A stretch of DNA of 64,000 bases from Gammaproteobacteria bacterium (GTDB lineage Bacteria > Pseudomonadota > Gammaproteobacteria > Ga0077536): assembly GCA_963662545.2 (NCBI GenBank), contig CAXXLL010000003.1, positions 896,001 to 960,000 on the forward strand. Direction: 5' to 3'. The number at the start of each line of letters is the position of its first letter. Position 1 is the stretch's first letter. Both the position numbers and the translations under genes were made by a program. The notes below the pieces were generated by a model. That model saw only the letters and a program-made list of their open reading frames with translations. It was not told where the DNA came from and made no database searches. Shown piece after piece: positions 50,537 to 62,926 of this stretch.

Positions 50537-51703
50537 CTATTCGAATATGAGCATCACATTGTCGTACAAGCGAGAGAAAAACGACCCCGTATCAATGCCG
50601 TCCAGCGCCAGCAGTGGGACTGCCGCCAACTGCTCACCGTCTAGTGAAATAACCATACGCCCGAGCGTTTGACCCTTGCTAACCGGAGCTATGAGTGGAG
50701 CATCAATATTCGCGGTTGCTTCAAGATCGTCATAACGGCCGCGCGGAATGGTTACAAAAACTGTATCAGGGGGGCCCAGATCGACTTTTTCGGCAGCACC
50801 CTTCCATATTTTCAATGTTGTAATAACTTCTGAATCTCTATAGAGCTCTCGCGTTTCGAAAAAACGATATCCGTAATTTATTAGCGTTAAGCTCGCCTCG
50901 GTTCTCGCCGTCTCCGACCTGGAACCCATAACCGCGGAAATTAAACGCACTCCATCTCGCTCTGCGGAAGACACAAGACAATATCCTGCCGCTTCCGTAT
51001 GACCTGTCTTGAGCCCGTCCGCTGATTTATCCAGAACAAGAAGGCGATTGCGGTTCGATTGACGAATGTTGTTATAGGTGAATTCCTGGATGTCGAATCT
51101 TGCGTATAACGCGGGGAATTCCCTGATCAGTGCCGACGACAAAAGTGCCATATCCTTAGCGGTCGTATACGTATCGGAATCAGGAAGTCCTGTACTGTTT
51201 GAGAAATTAGAATTTGTCATGCCCAGCTTTCGCGCGTGATCCGTCATGATACTTGCGAATACATCTTCCGTACCTGAAATGTGTTCTGCCAGAGCAACGC
51301 TTGCATCATTTCCGGACTGGACGATCACACCCTGAAGGAGATCGTCTACAGAAACTCGTTTTCCTACTTCAATAAACATGCGCGACCCTTCCATTCGCCA
51401 TGCTTTCTCGCTGACCTTTATCTCATCGTCCAATGCGATCAGGCCGGATTGCAGTGCATGACCTGCCACGTAAACAGTCATGATCTTGGTCAGGCTCGCC
51501 GGTTCGAGCCGTTCGTCGGCATTGTGCTCTGCGAGCACGCTGGACGTTAAATGGTCGACGAGAATGTAAGATCTAGCGCTGAGTTGTGGTGCTGGAATCA
51601 CGGACTTAAGACCCGCATCAGCCGTGCCCCAGGTCAGGACACACAGTACTACCAACCAAACTCCTACACGCTTTTGTCGGCAGGATAACGTTTGAGCGTC
51701 CAT
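50537..51703 (-). CDS. dacA: D-Ala-D-Ala carboxypeptidase
   Basis: SLTK, SGN, KTG motifs. Confidence 0.93.
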   Translation of the reverse strand: MDAQTLSCRQKRVGVWLVVLCVLTWGTADAGLKSVIPAPQLSARSYILVDHLTSSVLAEHNADERLEPASLTKIMTVYVAGHALQSGLIALDDEIKVSEKAWRMEGSRMFIEVGKRVSVDDLLQGVIVQSGNDASVALAEHISGTEDVFASIMTDHARKLGMTNSNFSNSTGLPDSDTYTTAKDMALLSSALIREFPALYARFDIQEFTYNNIRQSNRNRLLVLDKSADGLKTGHTEAAGYCLVSSAERDGVRLISAVMGSRSETARTEASLTLINYGYRFFETRELYRDSEVITTLKIWKGAAEKVDLGPPDTVFVTIPRGRYDDLEATANIDAPLIAPVSKGQTLGRMVISLDGEQLAAVPLLALDGIDTGSFFSRLYDNVMLIFE

Positions 51704-51706
51704 CGA

Positions 51707-52513
51707 CTAATTAACGACGAAATAGTGTTGCGTGATCCCCAGTTGCCCAAGTAAGGTGACGATTCCGTCCGCCAGATCGACGCTGACGATCGGGCCAACC
51801 TGAACTCGATAAAGCGATCGTCCATTGCTGGTTACTTTTCGTATATGAACGTTTTTGGGCACTAGGCCGGCTACTTGATCGGATAAGCGCACGGCGTTGC
51901 CGCGCTCTTCAAACGCCCCGATTTGCAGATAGATACCGGGGGAAATGCTTGAATTTACCGCCGCGGCGGCAAGTACGGATCCTGACGGTTTTCCGTTTTC
52001 GTCGAGCGCACGAACTTCCACGAACGCCGTTCCCTTGCCGGTCATATTGAGCTTCAAGGCTGCCGCATAGGACAAATCGATAATCCGATTTTCATGAAAC
52101 GGACCGCGGTCGTTTACTTTCACGATCGCCGTTTTGTCGTTATCCAGGTTCCGGATCTGCACGTATGTGGGCAGCGGCAAGACCTTATGCGCGGCTGTCA
52201 TCTTGTACATGTCGTAGATTTCCCCGCTCGACGTCTTGCGGCCATGAAATTTCTTGCCATACCAAGACGCAATCCCCCTCTCTACATAGCCGTCGGCCGT
52301 CTTCGCCGTGTAATAGCGCTTACCCAGTACAACGTAGGATTCAGCATTGCCGTATTTACTGCGCGCCTCCTTGCGCGGTACTGCGTCCCGTATATCGTTG
52401 GGCGATAGCGAACGCCCGGGACCATCGCGCTCCACAATCACACCACAAGCTGCAAATAATACGAGCACCGTCCCGACTGCGATCCTCGTGAGTGCGCTGC
52501 AGAACCGGCACAT
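51707..52513 (-). CDS. rlpA: Septal ring lytic transglycosylase RlpA
   Basis: ASWYG, TAAH, VNDRGPF, SPOR domain. Confidence 0.93.
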   Translation of the reverse strand: MCRFCSALTRIAVGTVLVLFAACGVIVERDGPGRSLSPNDIRDAVPRKEARSKYGNAESYVVLGKRYYTAKTADGYVERGIASWYGKKFHGRKTSSGEIYDMYKMTAAHKVLPLPTYVQIRNLDNDKTAIVKVNDRGPFHENRIIDLSYAAALKLNMTGKGTAFVEVRALDENGKPSGSVLAAAAVNSSISPGIYLQIGAFEERGNAVRLSDQVAGLVPKNVHIRKVTSNGRSLYRVQVGPIVSVDLADGIVTLLGQLGITQHYFVVN

Positions 52514-52523
52514 GTTCTCGCGC

Positions 52524-53528
52524 TCAGTTTCTTGATGCACTTCTGGAGTTTCGAATGGCTTCTGAAAGCTGTGCCACAGCCAATGCATATTTGACCCGCG
52601 GATTGTAGCGGCTGATGACATAGAAATTTGTATAGCCGACCCAATATTCGTAACCACCCTCTCCTTCCATTTCGAATAAGGCGGCTCTTTCATTGGACTT
52701 GGCATTTTGATCAACCGGCCTGATTCCGGTGGCGAGAAAATCCGAAAGCGCAAATTCAGGTTTGATGGCTGACGTTAGAAATACTTCGGGATCCGCTTCG
52801 CCGATCTCTGCGCGCGATGTAATCGGCCCTGAGCGTTGCCAACCATGATGATTTAGATAGTTTGCAACACTGCCGATCACATCATCGGTGTTCGTCCAGA
52901 TATCTCGTGTGCCATCGCCGTCGAAATCGATCGCCAGTTTTCGAATGCTTTCCGGCATGAATTGAGGCATGCCCATTGCACCAGCATAAGACCCTATGAG
53001 CTTCAGCGGATCGAACTCGTCTTCGCGCGTAAAGAGGAGATACTGCTCGAGCTGATCCCGAAAGAATTTCCCGCGTCGCGGATTGTCGCCCGGATAATGA
53101 AATGCAAGCGTCGCAAGTGCATCAATAACCCTGTGGACTCCAACAATGCGCCCATACGCTGTCTCTACTCCGATAATCGCGACGATTACTTCAGGCGCCA
53201 CTCCGAATTTTGTCGATGCGCGATTAAGCGCGTCGTGGTTGAGATTCCAGAATTTTACTCCGTCACGAATACGCTTATCCGAGATGAAAATTGTCCGGTA
53301 TTGCCACCAAGGTTTCACCTTTTCCGCCGGCCTCTTCATCAGCTCGAGTATTCGTTCAGAGCGCTGTGCACTGTCGAATACGCGAGTTAAATCGTCGTGC
53401 TCATATTCCTGGGTCGTCACCATGTGAGTAATGAATTCGTCGACTGCGGATTTGTCGAGCGGCGCGGCCTGCAGCACGCCAAACGATGTGATTAGAATCC
53501 CGATGAGGAGCGAATGCAGTATGTACAC
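52524..53528 (-). CDS. mltB: Lytic murein transglycosylase B
   Basis: GVET, GSYAGAMGMPQFMP, DFDGDG. Confidence 0.95.
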   Translation of the reverse strand: MYILHSLLIGILITSFGVLQAAPLDKSAVDEFITHMVTTQEYEHDDLTRVFDSAQRSERILELMKRPAEKVKPWWQYRTIFISDKRIRDGVKFWNLNHDALNRASTKFGVAPEVIVAIIGVETAYGRIVGVHRVIDALATLAFHYPGDNPRRGKFFRDQLEQYLLFTREDEFDPLKLIGSYAGAMGMPQFMPESIRKLAIDFDGDGTRDIWTNTDDVIGSVANYLNHHGWQRSGPITSRAEIGEADPEVFLTSAIKPEFALSDFLATGIRPVDQNAKSNERAALFEMEGEGGYEYWVGYTNFYVISRYNPRVKYALAVAQLSEAIRNSRSASRN

Positions 53529-53554
53529 TGGGGTTAAGATCCGTCTCTAGACGA

Positions 53555-54649
53555 TCACGTTTCTGAAATAAGTTTGCGATGTGTTTGTATCGACATGAGG
53601 ATACCGAAACCGATTAAAATAGTCACGAGAGAGGTACCGCCGTAACTTACGAGAGGCAGGGGTACCCCTACTACCGGGAGTTGACCGGTCACCATTCCCA
53701 TGTTAACGAAAATGTATATAAACATCGTCAAGGTAAGGCTCGCCGCGACGAGACGACTGAACATACCCTGCGCCTCATAAGCAATTCGAAGTCCTCGCAC
53801 CAATACCAGTCCGTAGGCGACCATCAATATGACCACTCCGACAAACCCGAATTCCTCACAATAAACCGCAAAGATAAAATCCGTTGCTCGTTCTGGAAGA
53901 AATTCCAGATGGGATTGAGTGCCATTGAGCCAACCTTTGCCATACATACCGCCCGAACCCACAGCTATGGTTGACTGAATAATGTGATATCCCGAACCTA
54001 GAGGATCTTTTTCAGGGTCGAACAAGGTCCGGATGCGTAGCCGTTGATAGTCATGCATCGAAAACCACGCAAAAGGGACTGCCAATGACGCAAGCGCAAG
54101 GCTATTTCTGATAAATCGCCAACGGACGCCGGCAAAAAACAGTACGAAAAGCCCGGAGCCGGCGACGAGCAACCCGGTTCCCAGATCGGGTTGCTCAACG
54201 ATCAAAATCACAGGTATCAGAACGATGACAAGCGCGGCGGCCGTGGTTCCAAAATGCGGCGGTAGGACCTTCTGAGCGACAAATCCCGCAACCGTCAACG
54301 GCACAGCGAGTTTCATCAATTCCGATGGTTGGAGTTGGAATAATCCCAAATCGAGCCAGCGCTGCGCACCGCGGCCGGTACCTACGACCGCTACGAGCAA
54401 CAGCAATCCCAAACCAACGAGGTATATGAGCGGCGCCCAACACTCCAGACGCTGCGGCGATACCTGTGCGATCAGAATCATGGCCAGCAACCCGACTAAC
54501 ATTCGAATCGCCTGTTTGATGAAAATATCGGTCGATTGATCGGCCGCGCTGTAAAGCACGACGAGTCCGAGCGCGCAAATGACCATTACACTGCTCATAA
54601 GAGGAGCGTCAATATGCAGCCGATATAGAAAACCCTGGGTTCTAACCAT
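53555..54649 (-). CDS. rodA: Rod shape-determining protein RodA
   Basis: QPSELMK, QPDLGT, TDFIF, SYGG. Confidence 0.96.
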   Translation of the reverse strand: MVRTQGFLYRLHIDAPLMSSVMVICALGLVVLYSAADQSTDIFIKQAIRMLVGLLAMILIAQVSPQRLECWAPLIYLVGLGLLLLVAVVGTGRGAQRWLDLGLFQLQPSELMKLAVPLTVAGFVAQKVLPPHFGTTAAALVIVLIPVILIVEQPDLGTGLLVAGSGLFVLFFAGVRWRFIRNSLALASLAVPFAWFSMHDYQRLRIRTLFDPEKDPLGSGYHIIQSTIAVGSGGMYGKGWLNGTQSHLEFLPERATDFIFAVYCEEFGFVGVVILMVAYGLVLVRGLRIAYEAQGMFSRLVAASLTLTMFIYIFVNMGMVTGQLPVVGVPLPLVSYGGTSLVTILIGFGILMSIQTHRKLISET

Positions 54650-56510
54650 CAGCGGGCATTACATGCTCTGTTGTTTTGAAATAGTGATCGATCAGCCGCC
54701 GCACAATCGGCGCCGCAGTACGGCTGCCACTCCCACCATTTTCGACGATCACCGCGATCGCAATTTCCGGCACGTCCAGCGGTGCGAACGCAATAAATAA
54801 TGCGTGGTCCTTGAGATGTTCCGGCAGTTCATCGTTGTCCACCTCTTGGTCCTGGGCAATACTGAAAACCTGTGATGTTCCCGTCTTTCCGGCAAACCGA
54901 ACGACCGCTCCGTTACCGCTACGCCGCGCGGTTCCCGTTGGCCCATTGACGACTTCGATCATGCCGTCAATGACATTGTCCCAATACGTTTCACTGATCA
55001 ATTCGATATGCGGACGATGATAAATTGCAAGTGACACCGAGGAATTGTCAATCGGGTCTTCTATCTGTGACACGAAATGCGGAATCGAAACTTCTCCCCG
55101 GTTCGCGATGATGCTGGTGACGTACGCCATTTGAAGTGGAGTTGCCAACATAAACCCCTGGCCGATTCCCGCGATCACCGTTTCTCCGGGGTACCAAGGT
55201 AGATTTCGCGTCCGCCTTTTCCATTCCGGAGACGGCAACAAGCCAGCCGCTTCACCCGGTATATCGACACCGGTGATTGACCCGAAGCCGATCATAGCCA
55301 GCGTTTCATGCAAGCGCCGAACCCCCAGATCGTGGGCCAGTGTGTAATAGTAAACGTCGCAGGACCGGGCGATGGAATGCTTCAAATCGACTTCGCCGTG
55401 CCCTCGCTTGAGCCAATCGCGATACCTGTGATCATCTCCTGGGAGCGAATACCACCCGCGGCACCACGTCTTCTGATCGGGCGTGCGAATACCGTTCTGC
55501 AAACCGGCTAAGGCGACAAACGGCTTGATCGTCGACCCGGGCGGATACTGACCCTGAAGCGCGCGGTTGAACAGCGGTCGGCCGGTCGATGTGCTCCAGG
55601 CTCGATAGAGTGACCGACTGACCCCATTGACGAATTCATTCGGGTCAAATGAAGGCTGACTGACAAACGCGAGAATACCGCCGGATGCCGGATCGATAGC
55701 CACTATCGCGCCCCGGCGTCCGTCCAATGCATTTATCGCTTCGACCTGAAGGTCCACATCGAGCGTCAGATAGATATCCTTTCCCGCCACGGGCGGAGTC
55801 CTTTCAACGATGCGCAATATTCGTCCTTGGGCATTCACCTCGACCCTTTGGTAACCAACTTGTCCGTGCAGAATGCCCTCACGCGCCTTCTCCACACCGC
55901 TCTTCCCGATATGGGTTGTCGCGCTGTAATTCGTCTGATCGATCACGTTCAAATCGGTTTCGCTGATCCGCCCGACGTAGCCGATAACGTGGACCGTACT
56001 ATCCGCCAGCGGGTAATGTCTGGCGACACCGGCCTCTATTCGGAAACCCGGAAATCGAAAGCGGTTAACGGAAAATATCGCGAGCTCTTCCGGATTCAGA
56101 TCACTTTTCAAGGTTACGTTTTCGAACCGCCTGGCACGATTGAGCCGCTTGGAAAACGATTCCAGTTGCTCGTCGGAAAGGTTTAGCAATGTTCCCAGTT
56201 CGAGCACCGCCGCGTCGAGATTGATTGCGTTTTCCGGTATCACGGCAAGGGAAAATGAAGACCTGTTTTCCGCCAGCGCAGTACCGTCACGGCTGAATAT
56301 CGTTCCCCGGGGTGGCGCGATGGGCACAATTTTCAAACGGTTTTCACGGGATAAAGTGGTGAAGTGCTCATGATTCAGGATTTGCAGATAGGCAAGACGT
56401 ACGATGAGGACAGATAGAAGAACGCCCATGAATCCAACCGCCCACCAAACCCGACGTTGGAACATACGGCGTTCGAAATTGGCGTCCTTTAGTGTCGGAA
56501 GCGATTTCAT
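54642..56510 (-). CDS. mrdA: Penicillin-binding protein 2
   Basis: STIK, SCD, KTG motifs. Confidence 0.96.
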   Translation of the reverse strand: MKSLPTLKDANFERRMFQRRVWWAVGFMGVLLSVLIVRLAYLQILNHEHFTTLSRENRLKIVPIAPPRGTIFSRDGTALAENRSSFSLAVIPENAINLDAAVLELGTLLNLSDEQLESFSKRLNRARRFENVTLKSDLNPEELAIFSVNRFRFPGFRIEAGVARHYPLADSTVHVIGYVGRISETDLNVIDQTNYSATTHIGKSGVEKAREGILHGQVGYQRVEVNAQGRILRIVERTPPVAGKDIYLTLDVDLQVEAINALDGRRGAIVAIDPASGGILAFVSQPSFDPNEFVNGVSRSLYRAWSTSTGRPLFNRALQGQYPPGSTIKPFVALAGLQNGIRTPDQKTWCRGWYSLPGDDHRYRDWLKRGHGEVDLKHSIARSCDVYYYTLAHDLGVRRLHETLAMIGFGSITGVDIPGEAAGLLPSPEWKRRTRNLPWYPGETVIAGIGQGFMLATPLQMAYVTSIIANRGEVSIPHFVSQIEDPIDNSSVSLAIYHRPHIELISETYWDNVIDGMIEVVNGPTGTARRSGNGAVVRFAGKTGTSQVFSIAQDQEVDNDELPEHLKDHALFIAFAPLDVPEIAIAVIVENGGSGSRTAAPIVRRLIDHYFKTTEHVMPADG

Positions 56511-56598
56511 GGCGGTTTTACGGAAGCACGTGATCCGTCTCAGATCCCGAGATCAATGGAATCCCCTGCACTCCACGCCTACCCAAAAGCGCGAATAG

Positions 56599-57081
56599 TC
56601 ATGCCACTCTTGCGCGGCGCCTCACATCTCGCAGAACGATGAACAACCATGGCCATAGAAGGGCGGTCGTCAACGTTCCGAACAGGTATTTCGGGCCGTA
56701 GGAAACCGACCCCAACAAATTGTATATCCACAGCATCATGACGAGATATAAGAATATCGTTGAAGCAACGAACAGCGCTTGTTGAGTTAACGGAAATACA
56801 CGGACTCTCTGATGGTATTGCACCGTGATGTAAGCGACGAAGGCGAGGCCAAAAGCGTGCTGCCCCAGTATTGACCCGTGCATGACATCGAGCACCAATC
56901 CTATCGACCACCCGATCAATACGCCGACACGTTCGGGGAGCGCCATACACCAATAGAAGAGAACCATCGCAATCCAAGCTGGACGCCAAGGCAAGGCCCA
57001 TTCTGGTAAAGGTATGGCCGTCAACATGAACGCTATCAAGAAGCTCACCACGATGACCCAGGCCCGGTTCGATTTATCCAC
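56599..57081 (-). CDS. mreD: Rod shape-determining protein MreD
   Basis: Hydrophobic, GLVLD...LGQHA; operon position. Confidence 0.93.
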   Translation of the reverse strand: MDKSNRAWVIVVSFLIAFMLTAIPLPEWALPWRPAWIAMVLFYWCMALPERVGVLIGWSIGLVLDVMHGSILGQHAFGLAFVAYITVQYHQRVRVFPLTQQALFVASTIFLYLVMMLWIYNLLGSVSYGPKYLFGTLTTALLWPWLFIVLRDVRRRARVA

Positions 57082-57095
57082 GTTACACCGCTTAG

Positions 57096-57257
57096 GGAAC
57101 CTCTGAATAAGTCATGGTGCGTCTGAATTGTTCATGAAATGGTGCAGATCAAGGCACGAATCGCAGCCAATAGCGGAGACTATTGGCAAGGTTCGTAACG
57201 TAAGGCTCCGCGATTTCATGGGCAAGGCAGATGTGCCATGACTTTTTCAGAGGTTCC
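57096..57257. mobile_element. IS5-type MITE-3 copy 3
   Basis: TIR GGAACCTCTG; TTAG duplication. Confidence 0.85.
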
Positions 57258-57263
57258 TTAGGT

Positions 57264-58133
57264 TTACTCTACCGAGGAAACTCGGTCGCCATCGACTTGT
57301 TTTTGCTGCGGACCTAAAAGCAATACCTCCCGTGAACGGCCGACCTGCGCGCTCGGTTCCACGATAATCGTCGCAAACGCGTCACCGGGATGCAGCGACA
57401 CTTTCTTGACCCGCCCAACCGGGTATCCCACCGGGAAGCGTCGACCCAAGCCTGAAGTCACAACGAGATCACCGGTCCTGATATCAGCATTTGTCGAGAC
57501 GAATGAAAGTGATAATTCATCGGGTATATCTCCACCGACGGCGATGGCACGCAATCCGCTTCGATTAATCAATACCGGTAGCGCATGGCGTGTATCAGTA
57601 ATCAACAAGGCGGTACTCGAGAACGGTCCGACGTGCGAGATCTGCCCGATCACACCATAGGCATCTAACAGCGGCTGACCGACAAAAACCCCCTGCGCGG
57701 CTCCCTTATTGACGACGATTTGGTGCGCCGATGGTGTCGTTTCGATGGCCAATACGTCGGCGACGATGACGTTTTGCTGGAGCGTCGAGGAGGAATCAAG
57801 AAGTTCGCGCAATCGCTGGTTCTCATGCTCGAGCGCTGCAAAACGCTGCGCTTTCGAGCTCAGAAGCAAATTTTCGTCCGTGAGCCGCACGTTCTCGTCG
57901 ATCAGATTAAGTCGCGTCGTCAAATTCCCGGCAACGCGGGCACCCAATTGAACGGGCGCGTTTACGATGTACTGCACCGGATAGACGAGTATGGAAATCG
58001 CGGATCGAATAGAAGAAAGATGATCGTTATTGTGGTCAATGGAAATACACAGAAAGGACAAAACTGCACATGTGGCAAACCTTGCCGTTGGAGACGGTGC
58101 ATTGATGAAGAGCGGCTTAATTGTAGTCTCCAA
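57264..58133 (-). CDS. mreC: Rod shape-determining protein MreC
   Basis: ENQRLRELL, TSGLG..FP.GYPV. Confidence 0.95.
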   Translation of the reverse strand: METTIKPLFINAPSPTARFATCAVLSFLCISIDHNNDHLSSIRSAISILVYPVQYIVNAPVQLGARVAGNLTTRLNLIDENVRLTDENLLLSSKAQRFAALEHENQRLRELLDSSSTLQQNVIVADVLAIETTPSAHQIVVNKGAAQGVFVGQPLLDAYGVIGQISHVGPFSSTALLITDTRHALPVLINRSGLRAIAVGGDIPDELSLSFVSTNADIRTGDLVVTSGLGRRFPVGYPVGRVKKVSLHPGDAFATIIVEPSAQVGRSREVLLLGPQQKQVDGDRVSSVE

Positions 58134-58154
58134 ACATACCGTGCGGACTGAAAC

Positions 58155-59204
<1,050 letters not shown>

Positions 59205-59467
59205 TTAGAGTCCTTCTTAAGTTGCGCCGCGCCCGTGAGCGCGACCTGGTCTGCCTTACCAGCTAACAGGATGACGATCTGCGGGCTCGGCACCACCCCT
59301 TGAGTCCATGGCATAAGAATCGGTCCGCGGCTGCCCTGAGCGAGACTACCCGACACCCCCGAGATTCGCAGTAAAATGGCGGCTTAATGTAACAGCGCAA
59401 GTACTTTGTGGCAAGCGTGCCACATAAGATTTTTCTTTCTAATCAAGTAAATAATAGAGACTTCTAC

Positions 59468-59755
59468 ATGTCAATCAGCACTGATGAAGTGAAGGCAATA
59501 GCGCGCCTGGCGCGCCTCGCGATCGACGACAGCGCTATTCCTGGTTACGCAGATCAATTGTCCCGAATTCTCACATTCATCGAACAAATGAATCAGGCCG
59601 AGACGGATGGCATCGAACCCATGGCACATCCACTGGACCTTAATGTCCGTCTGAGGCCGGACCGGGTTACCGAAAAGAACGAACGCGACCTCTTTCAGGC
59701 GCAGGCGCCGCAGATTAAGAACGGCTTATACCTAGTTCCCAAAGTTATCGATTAA
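59468..59755 (+). CDS. gatC: Asp/Glu-tRNA amidotransferase subunit C
   Basis: IARLARL, PMAHP, VPKVI. Confidence 0.95.
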   Translation: MSISTDEVKAIARLARLAIDDSAIPGYADQLSRILTFIEQMNQAETDGIEPMAHPLDLNVRLRPDRVTEKNERDLFQAQAPQIKNGLYLVPKVID

Positions 59756-59758
59756 GAC

Positions 59759-61222
59759 ATGCCCGATTCCTTTCCCCGTACTGCCGCGGCGATTTCCGCT
59801 GCACTCGAGAATCGCGAATTTTCGAGTGTCGAAATAACACGGCATTATCTTGATCGTATCGCAAAAATCGATGACGAATTGAACTCCTACATCACGGTTT
59901 GCGAAGACAGGGCGCTCAAGCAGGCCCGCGCTGCCGACGATATCCGGGCCGCAGGACGAGCATCGATACTGACCGGCGTACCCTACGCAAACAAGGATAT
60001 CTTCTGCACTAAGGAAACTCGAACGAGCTGCGGCTCACGAATGCTCGACAATTTCATCGCGCCTTATAATGCTACGGTCGTCGAGCATCTTGATCGTGAA
60101 GGCATGGTGATGCTCGGCAAGACCAATATGGATGAGTTCGCAATGGGCTCTTCCAACGAGACGAGTTATTACGGTCCGGTCCGTAATCCGTGGGACTTAG
60201 AACGCGTTCCCGGGGGGTCTTCTGGCGGCTCGGCCGCGGCCGTTGCCGCGGGACTTGCGCCGGTGGCGACCGGAACTGACACCGGCGGTTCGATACGACA
60301 ACCGGCCGCTTTTTGCGGGATCAGCGGCCTGAAACCCACTTATGGACGCGTCTCCAGATTCGGGATGATCGCGTTCGCTTCCAGCCTGGACCAGGGTGGC
60401 CCGCTCGCATTAACGGCAGAGGACCTCGCACTGATGATGAACGTTATTGCGGGATTCGATGAACGTGATTCAACTTCGAGCGAGCGAGCGACAGAGGATT
60501 TCGCGAGTAAATTAAATGACTCCGTCGAAGGTCTGAGGATCGGAGTGCCGAAGGAGTTTTTCGATGACGCCTTGGATCCAGACATCGGTGATTGTGTGAG
60601 CGCGGCCGTCGAGCAACTCGAGAAACTTGGCGCTCGCGCAAGAGAAATATCGCTTGCATCGCTACCATTATCCATCCCCGCATACTACGTTATTGCGCCA
60701 GCCGAATGCTCATCGAACCTGTCACGCTACGACGGTGTGAGGTACGGCCATCGTTGTGAAAACCCGAAAGATTTGATGGATCTCTATTGCCGTTCGCGCG
60801 CCGAAGGTTTCGGTGCTGAAGTGAAGCGACGGATACTCGTGGGGGCATACGCTTTATCTTCCGGTTATTACGATGCTTATTACAGGAAAGCGCAGCAGGT
60901 GCGACGCCTCATCAAGCAGGATTTTGAGAGCGCCTTTGCTCAAGTCGATGTCATTATCGGGCCCACTACTCCCACTACAGCGTTTCGCGTGGGTGAACAT
61001 AACGACGATCCCGTTTCGATGTACCTGAGCGATATTTATACAACGGCCGTAAATCTTTCCGGCGTCACGAGCTTGTCGGTGCCTGCTGGGTACGTGGATG
61101 GCCTTCCCGTCGGCATGCAGATTATCGGAAACTATTTCGACGAAGCACGGCTGCTGAACCTTGCGCACGTTTACCAGACAGTCACTGATTGGCATCTGCG
61201 CGTTGCGCCCTGTGCCGCTTAA
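59759..61222 (+). CDS. gatA: Asp/Glu-tRNA amidotransferase subunit A
   Basis: [26 protein letters not shown]. Confidence 0.97.
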   Translation: MPDSFPRTAAAISAALENREFSSVEITRHYLDRIAKIDDELNSYITVCEDRALKQARAADDIRAAGRASILTGVPYANKDIFCTKETRTSCGSRMLDNFIAPYNATVVEHLDREGMVMLGKTNMDEFAMGSSNETSYYGPVRNPWDLERVPGGSSGGSAAAVAAGLAPVATGTDTGGSIRQPAAFCGISGLKPTYGRVSRFGMIAFASSLDQGGPLALTAEDLALMMNVIAGFDERDSTSSERATEDFASKLNDSVEGLRIGVPKEFFDDALDPDIGDCVSAAVEQLEKLGARAREISLASLPLSIPAYYVIAPAECSSNLSRYDGVRYGHRCENPKDLMDLYCRSRAEGFGAEVKRRILVGAYALSSGYYDAYYRKAQQVRRLIKQDFESAFAQVDVIIGPTTPTTAFRVGEHNDDPVSMYLSDIYTTAVNLSGVTSLSVPAGYVDGLPVGMQIIGNYFDEARLLNLAHVYQTVTDWHLRVAPCAA

Positions 61223-61231
61223 GTAAATACG

Positions 61232-62668
61232 ATGGAATGGGAAACCGTTATTGGTCTAGAAATTCACGCCCAACTCACGGCGGACAGCAAGATCTTTTCC
61301 GGCGCCTCGACAGCCTTCGGAGCTGAACCCAACACCCAGGCATGCGCAGTAGACCTCGGGCTTCCGGGCGTGCTCCCCGTGATCAATGAAAAAGCGATCG
61401 AAATGGCAGTATTGTTTGGAATAGCAACCAATGCGGTGATTGCCAGACATTCGGTCTTCGCTCGGAAAAACTATTTCTATCCTGATCTGCCCAAGGGCTA
61501 TCAGATCAGTCAGTACGAAGCTCCGATCGTCGCTCGCGGAACGCTCGAGATCGAAGTCGACGGCAACAGAAAAACGATCAACATAACGCGCGCGCACCTG
61601 GAGGAAGACGCCGGGAAGTCGCTACATGAGAACTTTCCCGGATCAACCGCCATTGACCTCAATCGGGCGGGCACGCCGCTATTGGAAATTGTCTCCGAAC
61701 CGGAATTGCGGTCCGCCGACGAAGCCGTTTCTTATATGCGAGAACTGCATCGCCTCGTGAGATATCTCGGCATTTGTGACGGCAATATGCAGGAGGGGTC
61801 TTTCCGATGCGACGCCAATGTATCCGTTCGCCCCAAGGGTAGCGAAGAGCTTGGTACTCGAACTGAAACTAAGAATCTCAATTCTTTCCGCTTCGTGCAC
61901 CAAGCCATCGAATACGAAGTCGAGCGGCAGATAGAGATTATTGAATCCGGTGGTTCCGTCGTACAGGAAACTCGCTTATACGACGCCGCGAAAGGTGAAA
62001 CTCGATCAATGCGCTCGAAGGAAGACGCGCATGATTATCGATATTTTCCCGATCCCGATTTGCTCCCGGTTGAAGTGACGGAAGAATACATAAATGCCTT
62101 AAGGGAAAAAGTACCCGAGCTACCGCAAGAGATGCTGGTCCGTTTCGTGAAGCAATACGGCCTTGCACATGACGATGCAAAAATCCTCATTCAAGACCCA
62201 GAAACGGCAACGTTTTTCGAAACAACTGTGGAAGTAGATGGCGCCGAGCCGAAACAGGCCTGCAACTGGTTGATTGGAGAGCTCTTCGGTGCAATGAATA
62301 AGGCAAACCTTAAGTTGGCGGCTGTACCAATTTCACCCAATGATCTCGGACAACTTGTCGCCCGAATCACAGACGACACCATTTCTGGAAAAATGGCGAA
62401 GCAAGTCTTCCAGGCAATGTGGGACGGCGAAGGGTCCGCCGATGAAATTATTTCGACCCGCGCTCTCAAGCAGATATCAGAACCATCGATGATTGATTCT
62501 GTCGTTCAGGAGGTAATTGCAGAGAATCCGGAGCAAGTAGCCCAATACAAGGCAGGAAAAGAGAAAGTTTTAGCGTATTTAGTCGGTCAGGCCATGAAAA
62601 AGACCGGCGGGCGGGCTAATCCGAAGGTTGTGAATACGATCACGAAGAAATATTTATGCTCGGAATAA
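61232..62668 (+). CDS. gatB: Asp/Glu-tRNA amidotransferase subunit B
   Basis: [24 protein letters not shown]. Confidence 0.98.
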   Translation: MEWETVIGLEIHAQLTADSKIFSGASTAFGAEPNTQACAVDLGLPGVLPVINEKAIEMAVLFGIATNAVIARHSVFARKNYFYPDLPKGYQISQYEAPIVARGTLEIEVDGNRKTINITRAHLEEDAGKSLHENFPGSTAIDLNRAGTPLLEIVSEPELRSADEAVSYMRELHRLVRYLGICDGNMQEGSFRCDANVSVRPKGSEELGTRTETKNLNSFRFVHQAIEYEVERQIEIIESGGSVVQETRLYDAAKGETRSMRSKEDAHDYRYFPDPDLLPVEVTEEYINALREKVPELPQEMLVRFVKQYGLAHDDAKILIQDPETATFFETTVEVDGAEPKQACNWLIGELFGAMNKANLKLAAVPISPNDLGQLVARITDDTISGKMAKQVFQAMWDGEGSADEIISTRALKQISEPSMIDSVVQEVIAENPEQVAQYKAGKEKVLAYLVGQAMKKTGGRANPKVVNTITKKYLCSE

Positions 62669-62926
62669 TCGCTTCGTGCCCGCCAGATTATGTGATTTCT
62701 CACTCAGAAGAGTGAGTTTAACGGCACGAATCATGATTACTATAAGGGTCGTATTTATTGTTGACTATATAATGGATTAACCGTCAATATTCTTCGATGC
62801 TGATGACCAGCGTTTTACGATTGAGAGAATTATAAGAATATCGATGAAGCGCTATTTTTACTCCTGACCCATATAACGAATCCACAAAGGGTCAGGACGT
62901 TTTGACCAATAAACAGGAGGGTAATT

